Notes: generated by a model not told the origin, from the sequence alone. A stretch of 64,000 nucleotides of DNA from Schmidtea nova (GCA_044892505.1 CM097882.1:542686001-542750000); one strand, 5' to 3'; positions 23,116-34,159 are shown, counted from the stretch's first letter. A program made the numbers and translations.

Positions 23116-23634
23116 ATTTTGTTCTACTATTCGTCACGGAATTTATCGATGCATTATTTAAAGAATTTCCACCATTTGAAGCCTTATTAAAATTCGTCGC
23201 GGATACATTTGGGGCATTATAATTAAAATCCATCGCCGATACATTTGGGCATTTAAATTTTCTATAAAACATGAAATAAAATAATAAATATACAAATATA
23301 ATTTTACCGTTTCTATAAAAACCATTATTGTTTTCATTTCCCGATACATTACTAGATACGTTTGGGATATTAAATTCCATCGCCGATACATTTTGAGCAT
23401 TTAAATGTTCTATAAAACATGTAATAAAATAATAAATATACAAATATAATTTTACCATTTCTAAAAAAACCATTATTGTTATCGTTTCCGGATACATTTG
23501 TAAAATTTCGCATTTTAATTCTTGACATTCTTAAAATAAATTACGTTTAAAAATAATAATAAAATAAAAAATAAATTCTTACCCTTGAATCCATTGATGT
23601 TGGTATTGTTGATATTGTTGATATTGTTGTACAT
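23116..23634 (-). pseudogene. Four short Asn-rich exons separated by 53-, 46- and 46-nt GT-AG introns; probable spliced leader of pPolB
   Basis: ATG at 23634 (MYNNINNINNTNINGFK); introns 23530-23582, 23410-23455, 23262-23307; donor at 23115. All junctions are phase 1 after two 1-nt frame corrections. Confidence 0.55.
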
Positions 23635-23684
23635 AGTTAATTAACGATTATAAGATGAATAAGAAATTTTGGGTTATAGTAAAA

Positions 23685-23755
23685 AGTGACTAAAATATTG
23701 AAAACATATCTTTATATAAGATATATTGCATAATATTAATTGAACCAATCAAAAT
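23685..23755 (-). promoter_or_regulatory. Pol II-type core promoter candidate: inverted CCAAT, TATATAAA, Inr-like TTAGTC
   Basis: gattggtt ... tatataaa, then ttagtc about 27 nt downstream; lies upstream of the ATG at 23634. Confidence 0.4.
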
Positions 23756-23960
23756 CGTTTATGAGAAGAAAAGATTCGCTCGCACACATACAACATGGAT
23801 TTACCAGCTGTGTGTGTATTATTATACACGTATGTTATACATATATGTTAACTCATTATAATTTACATTAATTCACATGATTACTCATGCACGATGACTG
23901 CAGATGTCATGCATTTCAATTGCAAATTTTGTATTTCAAAGCAATTAATTAAGCATATAA

Positions 23961-24380
23961 TTAATTTTTTAAATAATCTAAAGCCCCCACCAAACAACCT
24001 TTATTTGCACAATTTGTATGATCTCGATATGGGCATGAAATATTGTCAGGAAAAGATTCAACTTCTTTAATATTATACTTAATTAATTTTAGGGAGGGGA
24101 AATATCTTTTTAAAACAGCAAGTTTATCTTGATCAGTGACATAGAAAATTGCACCAACATCTTTAATTACTTTCAAAATACAAGTTGGACAAGAGTGATC
24201 TTCACCTTCATACCATTCTAATCTATCAGGTTCACCAATTCCAGCCCAAAAAGGAACATCATTATATATCCAATATCTTGGCCGAAAAATATTATTAACA
24301 TTCATAATACATAATTCTTTAATAATTATCCCACCGCAATTATCATTATAACCATAAATATCAATAAAATAACAAGTCAT
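23961..24380 (-). CDS. Intact 139-aa ORF; possible DEDD/DnaQ-fold nuclease-like Polinton accessory protein
   Basis: YFIDIYGY...IIIKELC...LEWYEG...CPYRDHTNCA pattern. The fold assignment is inferred. Confidence 0.5.
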   Translation of the reverse strand: MTCYFIDIYGYNDNCGGIIIKELCIMNVNNIFRPRYWIYNDVPFWAGIGEPDRLEWYEGEDHSCPTCILKVIKDVGAIFYVTDQDKLAVLKRYFPSLKLIKYNIKEVESFPDNISCPYRDHTNCANKGCLVGALDYLKN

Positions 24381-24419
24381 TTTTCTAAAACATTTATTAA
24401 ACTAAATTTTTTATACTTT

Positions 24420-24794
24420 TAACATTGAATTAAGCCATGCAAGACAATGTTGACCACAAGTAATTGTTAATGGATGTTAATACCGAATTCGATTATATAC
24501 AATCGGCTTACCCAATGTTTGTAGTTTACTAACTAATAAACCAGGGTAATAGCATCCGAAGGGATCGAATGCATACACCTTGCTTGGTTTCACATATACA
24601 GCAATCGAATGTTCTCCTCCTAGAGTAGATGATTGAGTATTGACGACTATGGCTTGGTTGACATCTAAATTAGGGATTTTGTCTAGTGGATATACTCCAA
24701 TAAATTCATTTCCCAATAAATGTTTACCAATTCGATTAACCTGAATAGAACTATATAAATAGATTTATATAATAAATAATAAAACTTACTCCAT
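24420..24794 (-). pseudogene. Adenain-like cysteine protease with a 39-nt intron (24751-24789) and a nonsense codon
   Basis: Spliced MDSIQVNRIGKHLLGNEFIGVYPLD; catalytic H (GEH), D (FDPFG), C (TCGQHC); TAA sits at the oxyanion Gln position. Confidence 0.88.
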
Positions 24795-24835
24795 GATAAA
24801 TTGTTAACTTTGACTTGTACATTTATATTGATAGT

Positions 24836-26049
24836 TTAAACCAAAACTGTTCGATTAGCAGTAAATTGAATTTCATTTTCAAATACTCCATATATTATTA
24901 CATGTACTGGTTCTTCAATAGCTTTAGAAAACTTTATATCCAATCTCAAATTTCCATTTTGAGGTAATTGACTTTGATTTAAATCGAAATCCGGAGCCAA
25001 AACAAATGTAAAGAAAGGGTATTTGTTTTTAAAATCGGCTAGTGTTATACCACAATTCAAATTCTTATCTAAATATCCCATAAACTAAATACCATCGACT
25101 GCATATATGTAGTACAATAATTATCATTTTCAAAATCTTGAGTATATGTTTCTCGATAATCAGTGTTTTTCGATAGAGATAGGGAAGTTACATTGAAATG
25201 TTTGAATTTCGAACTTGATGCATTATATGATCCATTGTATTGAGTTTCACTTTGAAATGCGACCAGAATGAAATTTGGCATTCTTCGATCTCCAAATATT
25301 TGTTCCTTGTAGAAAGATGATGCACCTTTACCAATAGCAAATTGTACTATTTCTTTGGTTTTCATTGGATAAATAGCGTGTTTTGAGTTAAGTCCAACTT
25401 GATGTCCAGCTAATACAACTGGAACGCGACGAATCATTAACTTTGCATCAACTAATTGACATTTTGGTGCACCGTTTTTTGAATATAGTGATAGTGCAGA
25501 ATCAGAACGCTTCAGTCTGATGTGAACATTGACACCTGGTAATAAATATTTCGGTTGATCCATGAAATCCAGTTGTAGAGATGAACAGATTGTAAATAGC
25601 TTTGAGTCTTTGATCCACGCTTTTCTCTCGTCAGAATCTCCATATCCCATTGGAGTAAGACAAGTTTCTTTAGTATAACCAATTTAATTTAAAATAGTTT
25701 CGATTATTGCCTTGTGTGCATATGTATTGTTTCCACCTTCAATCTTGATATTATTAAAACCAAGAATGGCGTCCTTGAATAGAGTATGAAACATAAAATT
25801 GTTTGGTATAACATCATCAGTTTCAGACAAATCTTTTATATCGGTATTTACAACTTTTATTTGAACTGTTTGTAAAGTATCATTCAAATACAAATATTCA
25901 GATTGAGATCCGTTAATGTAAAATTCCACATCATTTCTACCGCCTGTAATAGAATTCATGGGACATACTTCTTCAAATGCACCATATTCAATGACTGCTT
26001 GAGGAGATGGTCGGTCGAAAAGACATAATTCAGATTTAACACAAATCAT
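24836..26049 (-). pseudogene. Double jelly-roll major capsid protein (Polinton PY type), one stop and one frameshift
   Basis: CVKSELCLF...EFYING...HTLF...ETILN; QLDFMDQPKYLLPGV; FFTFVLAPD...GNLRLDIKF...VIIYGVFEN. Confidence 0.9.
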
Positions 26050-26438
26050 TTTGAAAATATAGTTTCATGTCCTTTCATTCGATTGTTTATATACCTTCGA
26101 TGCTTTTTACCTCTAGGTCCCACTTGTTCCGGTACAGGTTCAGGTTCATCTTTATTAAACATACTTGTTACTCCAGGAATCATACTAGTCACAGTCGACA
26201 GTACTTTACCAATTGCAGACAAGGCATTTGTTTTCAATTATGGTTGTATTTTCTGATCATTCATGATCACATCTTTGGCAGTTTTCAAACCAAAACTACC
26301 TATTCGCTTAAGAATTGGTAGTGCAAATCGTCCTATAGTTTTTAACCAACCTGATCCATACTGTTTACCTGCAAAATAAGGTAATTCCCCACCAGTTTGG
26401 CTATTACTATACAGTGAAATTATATCTGGATTAATCAA
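26046..26438 (-). pseudogene. Conserved Polinton virion-type protein with Gly-rich motif and amphipathic helix; internal stop at 26238-26240
   Basis: QTGGELPYFAGKQYGSGWLKTIGRFALPILKRIG, continuing in frame into MKTNALSAIGKV. Confidence 0.65.
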
Positions 26439-27240
26439 TTAATTTACGAAAATGTAATGTAAAATGTGTTTTTGAATATTTTGGAAAATTTATTAATTTA
26501 CCACTATCGTCACGGATATTTATTTCTATATTGTTTATACATGAGGTAGAAATAGGTAAGTACATTGAATTATCTATTACTATTTGTACAACTTCATTCT
26601 GTTCATATTTTTCGATCCATACCGATTTCAGTAGAGGAACCAGAGAATCAACGACAATTACTGGTTCAATAATGTTACTGTAAATGAACATTTGTTGATG
26701 ATGAACAAGAATTTTAGGTTTCACAGTCTCATCAATAAGGTTTCGATCTCTATGCGTTTGTTTAGCTAATCCTAAAGTATTGACCAAGTTTTTATTGAAT
26801 GTAACTTCACTAATATTATCATTGAGACTGAATTGGAACCATTTATTAATATCGAAAGTTTTAAAGATATGGGAGCAATTGAATGATAAATATTTAGATA
26901 AATCTTCTAATTGCACTATATACAAATCATTTGCAAATGTAAATGTATCTTCAATTTCTGCATCATAAGATATTGTCATCTTAATATCTTCTTTCAAATA
27001 ACTATTCGGTTCAAATAACACGAACTTTAATTGATATTCTTTCAGTGCACTTACAATTTTAAGTCGATTACTTCCCATTCGCTTTGCATCTTCAATATTT
27101 TCAAATGTAATTGTATATGGAGTAAAATCACAATTAATATTTAAACAGTCATTGTTAAAATACATACTACAATGAGCATTCAAAATTTGGTTGGGAAAAT
27201 TATAAATTCTTTCAAAATTGTTGATGATGAATAGAACATG
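26431..27240 (-). pseudogene. Minor capsid protein (penton/PX), N-terminus deleted
   Basis: C-terminal FIYSNIIEPVIVVDSLVPLL...YLPISTSCINNIEINIRDDSG...TLHFR signature. Confidence 0.85.
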
Positions 27241-28292
27241 TAGTATTGTTTATCCACCATTTTAGTTTTTAATATTTTTTGAATTCTAAATACAGTAGGC
27301 GGAGGAATAACTTGTAATTCTTGATCGTAAAATTTCTCACTAACTACATTATTGTCAGAGTCAGAAATAACATACATGACAGGATCTTGGCTAGTATTAA
27401 TTTTTGAGATCTGAAATACTTCATCACTCCAATTACTATCAAAATTTTTGATGAATGGCGAAGCACTAATCTTACTAATTTGAACATGATCACCAATTTT
27501 ATATTTCGGTTTCTTTATAATCGTTTTTAATTTGTGAGATTCAGTATTTTTCGTTGAAACATCAACAGGTCTCAATCCATTTATACCTTTGTGTGACGAA
27601 TGATTATAACTATGTATTATTTTTGACAGTACATTTATCCATGTTTTATTACCTTGATGAACAAAATACTTTTTCAATCGATCTCTTAATGTACGATTAA
27701 ATCGTTCAACGTGGGCGGCTTTGAATTGAGAGAACACAGAATAATGATTAACCCCGGCCAAAACTTCTTTAACTTTACTATTGTAAAATTCTTTACCTAA
27801 ATTATAATTAACAATCAACAAAATTAGTATATATTCTTACCCAAATCAGTTTGTAAATTCTTTGGACGACCGGACTTAAACATAGTTTTGATTGCAACAG
27901 CCATTTCATTTGCTAATTTAGTTCTAGTAGGAATAGCCCGAGCAAATCTTTTGAAAACATCGATACATGTTAAAATATATTTATATCCCTTGTTAATATT
28001 TGAATAGGGTATAATTTCCATCAAATCCATTTGCCACAAGTCATTAATGCCATATGTTTTATATGCTCTTGTTGGAAATCGTTTCAATGCCGGTTTGTTT
28101 AGACTCTATGCCAGTTGCCCCGATAACCATTTTTGAGTTTCTTTTTTCGAGTTTGCGACGTTTTTCTTTAGCTTTTTGACTCCACCGAAACTGGCGGGAT
28201 CTTTTGGGTTTGTCCATATCTTCTCCATTACAACAAGAAGAATTAAAATTCAATTTAAGATTAGGTAAATGAACAATCGGCAATTGACCCAT
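27241..28292 (-). pseudogene. Retroviral-like (rve) integrase with partial chromodomain and a 44-nt intron (27797-27840)
   Basis: KDPASFGGV; WQMDL (D); QTDLG|KEFYN (D, split by a GT-AG intron); HVERFNRTL (E); NWSDEVF; FRIQKILKT. Confidence 0.92.
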
Positions 28293-28304
28293 TGTTTATG
28301 ATTT

Positions 28305-28490
28305 TGAGGATTTTCCTAGTAATCCTACACCACCTAATAAAGATAATGCTAATGGTAGCAATGCCGCAATAAACCCTCCGTGTTGTTTATATATTATTTT
28401 GCGCATTTGTTTTTATTTTTAGTATTTACTAGTGATAATAATGGTTTCTTGTGTTTGTTCAACACATTTTTATTTGATTTACTAATATTA
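28305..28490 (-). pseudogene. Small basic/hydrophobic Polinton protein (QxGGF motif), N-terminus deleted
   Basis: LNKHKKPLLSL...KQHGGFIAALLPLALSLLGG; homolog at 44520-44720. Confidence 0.6.
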
Positions 28491-28751
28491 ATCATCAATA
28501 ATAATTACATCACCACTTCGTAATCTAGACGACCAGTTTTTATCGAATCCTTTTATTATTGTCATTTTAATCTTACAGAATTGATCTTGAGTCATTCCAT
28601 GTTCATCATCAGCTCCCATATGCCAATAAAGTTTGTTAAATTTTGATTTGAATAATTTTGATTGTAATAATTTACAAACAAATAAAGTTTTTCCACTTCC
28701 ACTTGGACCGACAATTTGATAAACTGCATCATTTCTTAACTCCATTTTCAA
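28488..28751 (-). pseudogene. A32/FtsK-like packaging ATPase, truncated after Walker B
   Basis: IVGPSGSGKT (Walker A) and VIIIDD (Walker B), then stop. Confidence 0.85.
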
Positions 28752-28841
28752 AATATTAAGAGTTTATGGATATTGTTTATATTTGTATTAATTAATTGTT
28801 ATACTTTTACGAAAATTATTTAAAAAATAATCAGTCTTATA

Positions 28842-29310
28842 ATGTTAAGCAACATAAATTACAAATGAAAATGTTCTGTTTCTCGTATGAAATTTCCAAA
28901 TGGTAAGCCACAGCAGATTGTAGATAGGAAAGGTAAGTATTCTATAATATTTTTCAAATCCGGTAAATGTAGAATATTGGGATGTAAACAACCTCTAAAA
29001 GATCAAGATTTATTATATGAAATAAGTGATTTACAAATACAATCGATTACAGTTACTACAGATATTGGGAAATGTGTCAATTAACATGAATTGTCACAAA
29101 ATCTCATGTTCTTATGAGCCAGAAATATTCCCGGCATTGAGATATATAAAGTATAATCCTTTATGTGTAAACATATTCAACAGTGGTAAAGTTGTTATAC
29201 TCGGTATAAAAACGTTAAACTATCATGCTTTGGTTGAAGAAATAATTAACGATATCAAATCGGTTATTGATGACGTAGAATTCTTGAAATTTTTGTTACT
29301 TGTTACGTAA
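28842..29310 (+). pseudogene. TATA-binding protein (TBP)-like gene, two nonsense codons and one frameshift
   Basis: Repeat 1: MLSNINYK...IIFFKSGKCRILGCK. Repeat 2: IQSITVTTDIGKCVN(L)HELSQ...SYEPEIFPALRY...VNIFNSGKVVILGIK. Confidence 0.8.
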
Positions 29311-29404
29311 TAAAATACAGGCTTTTGATTGGAATACGGTGTGTACGAATAACCAGTATATATAACAACATCATTTTCATTACATTTATATCAACAGTAA
29401 AAAG

Positions 29405-29731
29405 ATGTCTCTTAATAAAACGAATGGTAAGGATTGATTTTTATGTTGAAATTTTAATTAATGCGTTCTTTTGTTTTTAGAAAAACTGATGGGCGGTCTG
29501 CTTGAAAAAATGGAGGATTTGTACTCGAAAATTATGCGCGAATTGGTTTACTGCGTTCCAGAGCTCTTTTCTTATAAAATATTGGCATTAACCGGAATTG
29601 ATCTCAACAAGGTGTTGCTCGACCATCAACATAATATAGAAGAAGAAGAATGCAGCGCCAGTATTATCTGTGCCTATAGATGCGAAAGTTCCGTCAATAG
29701 GATTCAGAAATACCACAAATGGTTACTTTGA
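29405..29731 (+). CDS. Unknown protein (~90 aa) with a 54-nt intron (29427-29480)
   Basis: ATG exon MSLNKTN g|gtaag ... ttttag|aa joins in frame; the intron contains an in-frame TGA. Confidence 0.6.
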
Positions 29732-29771
29732 GAGGAGTTAAGAAACTTTTTAGGACAATAAATATTTTATA

Positions 29772-31108
29772 TCTAAAATGTCTTTTTATTGTGTTTTTTG
29801 TAAAGTATTTATTTTCTTAAAACGTACCGAGTTATGAAAGATGTTTTGTAGTTAAAATTAATTTTTATAAAATGTTGATGCTGAAAATTTATTGAAAATA
29901 ATAATGTAAAATAATTTTANNNNNNNNNNNNNNNNNNNNNNNNNNNNNNNNNNNNNNNNNNNNNNNNNNNNNNNNNNNNNNNNNNNNNNNNNNNNNNNNN
30001 NNNNNNNNNNNNNNNNNNNNNNNNNNNNNNNNNNNNNNNNNNNNNNNNNNNNNNNNNNNNNNNNNNNNNNNNNNNNNNNNNNNNNNNNNNNNNNNNNNNT
30101 TGCGATAGATATGTAAATAACTTACAATATATATATAGAAAGAAATTGCAGTAGATAATCATCAACATGCATACAAAGTCAATTATTAATACATATCCAA
30201 TTGATTTACAAGACATGTGCAAGAATCTGATTGGCTGCACACAGACGATGACGAGTATAAATAAGAAAACAAAAATAGTATTGTTCTTAAAATGCAAAAT
30301 ATTTTCAGCAAATCGAGTCCAATTAAAATGAAACCAGTTAGGAACGATAACAAATCAACTCAAAACAAATTTGATTTACGACCGGTTCAGATGTTTCCTG
30401 ATTACCAAATGTTTTTCTTGATAAACGAAATCTCTTTCAAGGTCCCAAATCCGGTAAAGCTGTCGACTTCGCAATATTCCAACTTAATTGGTCAGATTTA
30501 TAAAGAAGATGTTGTTTCAATCAATAAAGTGTTGACGAAAATCAACAAGAAATTATCTTGCAATGAAACAGTATTCATCAACAACAGGAACACCGAATTT
30601 CATGATGCATTTCAATCAGTTGAATATACGGATAATGAAAATTGGTTTATTGATATATCCATCCAAGGATATAAAATGGATCTAAGAGAAGCAATATCTC
30701 CAATTTGGAAAATAAAAAAGCGCAAGAATATCATAGTTGGAATAACATTGTTGTCATATATATGTGTATTTATTAATAAATGTTGATAAATTCTCACTTG
30801 GTGTTTTTGAAAAAATGTTTTGTAAAATTTTATGTTTTTTAAAAAAATTTTGAATTTTTGAAAATTTGAAAATCTAACCTTAAAAATTGACCTTGGTGAC
30901 CTGGGCCTTAACTTGTCCCTAAAGTGTCCTCAAAATGTCCTTAAAATCTGACCTTAAAAAAATTTATGACTAATCGTTTGTGTGTGTAAAAAATAATTTG
31001 GGGGGTAGCAAAAAAAAAGTACCATCGGGGCGTTACTTAATTTTGAATTGATGCACACACGCGATGACGTCATATGTCTTTGTTCCCCCGTCCACACTTC
31101 CTCCTACT
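29772..31108 (-). repeat. Right TIR
   Basis: Mirror of 15697-17040. Confidence 0.88.
30292..30786 (+). CDS. TIR-encoded protein, right copy (164 aa)
   Basis: Open frame, near-identical to 16078..16524, with a different C-terminus. Confidence 0.65.
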   Translation: MQNIFSKSSPIKMKPVRNDNKSTQNKFDLRPVQMFPDYQMFFLINEISFKVPNPVKLSTSQYSNLIGQIYKEDVVSINKVLTKINKKLSCNETVFINNRNTEFHDAFQSVEYTDNENWFIDISIQGYKMDLREAISPIWKIKKRKNIIVGITLLSYICVFINKC

Positions 31109-32124
31109 GTTAACACTTCCCTTCATAATATTATTGATGTTGTTCTTTTCGTAAACTTTTGACATTTGCTACTTCTAATGTCCATTTTATTTTTGATAAT
31201 CAATGGTATAAGCAAATTGATAGTGTTGCTATAGGCTCACCTTTAACTTCTACACTGGCATCTATTTTTATGTCAAGTTTAGAAAATAAATTTATAAATT
31301 GTAGTGTAAATAAACCCTTAGTATATAAACGTTATGCTGATGATATTTTTCTTGTATTTAAGAATAAAGAACATGTTAAGCCTTTTTTGTATTATATGAA
31401 TAATTTGCATAAAAATATTAAATTTACTTTTGAAGAAGAAATTTATTCTAAAATATCATTTCTTGATTTGTTGATTGAAAAGAAAGAGAAACATTTTGAA
31501 ACTGAAATTTATAGGAAAACAACGGATACTGATTTGTATACATCACCGGAAAGCTTTTGTGATTTTAAATATAAAAGAAATAAGGGGATTGGTTTATCGT
31601 TCTTGGACATTGCCGTCAACTTATTGTAAATCTATAATAAGTATTGATACATTACTTAAATTACTACAGAATAATGGATATTCAAAATGTTTCTTGCAAC
31701 GAATGGTGAGTGAAACTGTTGATAAGTGTATTAATAAGTTGAATGTGATTGATGAAAAAGTTTCTCCTGGTGTTGATTCGTTTAATACCCCTGATAGTGC
31801 TCCTTTGATTGAAACAGATGATGTTGTTATGGGAATGAATGATGGTGTTGATTCTAATAATAATAATGAAATAAATAAAAGTAACTTGAATGATTGCATT
31901 GGTTCTGTTATAGTTTTAGAAGAAAGAGTAACATTTTTGAGCATAATAAGACTTTCAAGAAGAGTATTGATATTTCTAATTTCAAAATACTTTTTAGGGG
32001 TTTTAAAAATTATTATAAACGTGTGAATTGTGAGGCTTTGATGATAAAATCATTTAATCCAAAAATAAATATACAAAATGCAATATCTACATGCATTTTG
32101 AGAGTTTTAATTAATTTTTACTAG
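31109..32124 (+). pseudogene. PLE copy 2, remainder of RT and partly deleted GIY-YIG region
   Basis: FRKLLTFATS...YKQIDSVAIGSPL...YKRYADDIF...ISFLDL...YRKTTDT; ends EALMIKSFNPKINIQ. Confidence 0.9.
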
Positions 32125-32221
32125 GGTATATAAAAGTTTTATTGGATTATGCACATGTAATTATGTAATCACTATTAAGCGTATAAATAAGATCAATTTT
32201 TATTTTATTGAGATTGTGGAA

Positions 32222-32258
32222 AGCCTGATGATGACAGCTAAGCTGTTGAAATATATTA
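32222..32258 (+). ncRNA. Hammerhead-like core downstream of PLE copy 2; stem I not evident
   Basis: CTGATGA-t-gacagc taa gctgtt-GAAA-tata. Confidence 0.45.
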
Positions 32259-32349
32259 CATTAATATATTTAAAAAATGGTGTTCTCTTATTTATATTTT
32301 TATTTTTATTATCATAATTATCTTCTCGTTTCACCTTTGATCTGTTTTT

Positions 32350-32473
32350 AATATTAATATCAATAACTCCCATAATGGTAAGACTATAGATCAAATTTTC
32401 TTTAAACAAGTGTACTTGTTAAAATAAATTTTGATATATAGTCTTACCACTATGGGAATTATTGATATTAATA
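32350..32473. repeat. Hairpin of the PLE 3' repeat, centre ~32412
   Basis: ...ttaaacaag tgta cttgttaaaa...; both arms share the private variant gtcttacca. Confidence 0.75.
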
Positions 32474-33289
32474 AGTAGTAAGATGTGTGCCAGTCAGATA
32501 CTGTACCACCCGACAATTACGTAATAATTAACCTTTGCATGCCTAAATAACGTAATAATTGACTCCTATAACATAAGGTTCGACCCGAATTGTGTCTCAT
32601 TAGACCGGTTATGTCATATTCGACCCTAGTTACGTCACGTTTGACACCAAATTCATCATATTTGACATTAATTACGTCACATTTGACCTTTAACTCATAT
32701 TACATCATACTTAACCTTTGACCGCAGTTACACCATACTTGACTTGAATTCAGTGGTTCAGTGATTCAGTAGTTCACTGGTTCAGTAGTTCAGTGGTTCA
32801 GTGGTATAATAATGGGTTGTAAGCATGTATTGATTATGTTAATTAGTTACCATGTGTGCGTAAGCAAGTAAGCGTGTTCGTAAGTGAATACGCATGTAAC
32901 GGCATAGCAACTAAAGGTCAAGGTGTTAAGGCCAACTGGGGTCAAAAGTCAAGTATGGTGTAACAGGGGTCAGAGTTCAAGTATGATACAATAGAATCAA
33001 ATGTCACGTATGATATAATATGGGCCTAAAGGCAAATATGATGTAATTATGGTCAAATATGATGTATTTTGGGTCAAATATAACATAATTGGGATCAAAT
33101 ATGACGTAATTATGGTCAAATATGTTGTAATTGGGCCAAATGTGACGTAACCGGGACTAGTGTGACGTAATTGGGGGTCGACTCTTATACAATATGAGTC
33201 AATTATTACGCTATTTATGAATCAACGGTTAATTAATACGTAATTGTCGGGGAGGGATACTGTATATGATGGGGACACATCCTAATACT
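32474..33289. mobile_element. 816-bp non-coding element with Polinton-type ends and long imperfect TIRs
   Basis: Left AGTAGTAAGATGTGT; right (rc) AGTATTAGGATGTGT; shared ccgacaattacgta...aattgactc. No TSD found. Confidence 0.7.
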
Positions 33290-33318
33290 TATATTATTAT
33301 AATTTATTATTATAATTA

Positions 33319-33364
<46 letters not shown>

Positions 33365-33394
33365 ATTATCTTTTTTCACCTTTGATCTTTTTTT

Positions 33395-33511
33395 ATTATT
33401 ATTATCAATAATTCTCATAATGACTATAGATCAAAATTTTTTTTTTATAAACAATATTGTTATTGTTTATAAAAAAAAAATTTTGATCTATAGTCATTAT
33501 GAGAATTATTG

Positions 33512-33515
<4 letters not shown>
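33395..33515. repeat. Near-perfect hairpin of the PLE 3' repeat, 4-nt spacer (33457-33460), flanked by (TAT)n
   Basis: tttataaacaata ttgt tattgtttataaa. Confidence 0.85.
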
Positions 33516-33554
<39 letters not shown>

Positions 33555-34009
33555 CATTTTCATAATTATAATTTGTTTTGTAAATGAATTGAAGCGTTTA
33601 ATCTTTCAAATTTTCTGACAACAATTCTATAACAATCAAAATGAATAAATTTTCGAATTATATCATTTCTTTCGGTTATGTTGCAAAAGAAAATTCAGTT
33701 GGCTCTGTCGGCAGAAATTCATTCACACTATGTTGGCACAAGAAATCAATTATTTAGTCCATTATTTAGTGCAAAGGATGAATAATATACTCCATTTTAA
33801 CTTGCTCAAATTATTCATTAATAAAAAATACAAATAAATAAATATAAAATTTGATTTTACTCTAAATTCGTCTCGTAATTTTAAACAAGAACAATGCAAT
33901 AAATAGCGCGAACAGAACTACAATTAACTTTCCGGAAGTTATTTTTATGATTTCATGCTTTTATAATTTTATATTCATTTTGGTTTTAGCATGGTTGGTT
34001 TATTGTTTT

Positions 34010-34018
34010 ATATTATTA

Positions 34019-34098
<80 letters not shown>

Positions 34099-34100
34099 AT
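34010..34100. repeat. (TTA)n microsatellite; similar tracts at 21502-21549, 33320-33362, 46578-46640, 48320-48381
   Basis: Read directly from the sequence. Confidence 0.95.
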
Positions 34101-34159
34101 TATTATTATAATTATCTTTTTTCACCTTTGATCTTTTTTTATTATTATTATCAATAATT

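Larger units (their letters stand above)
15697..31108. mobile_element. Polinton/Maverick (adintovirus-like) endogenous element, 15.4 kb, decayed
   Basis: Termini AGTAGG...CCTACT; 6-bp TSD GTTAAC at 15691-15696 and 31109-31114; long TIRs; pPolB, protease, MCP, mCP, integrase and ATPase homologs. Confidence 0.93.
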
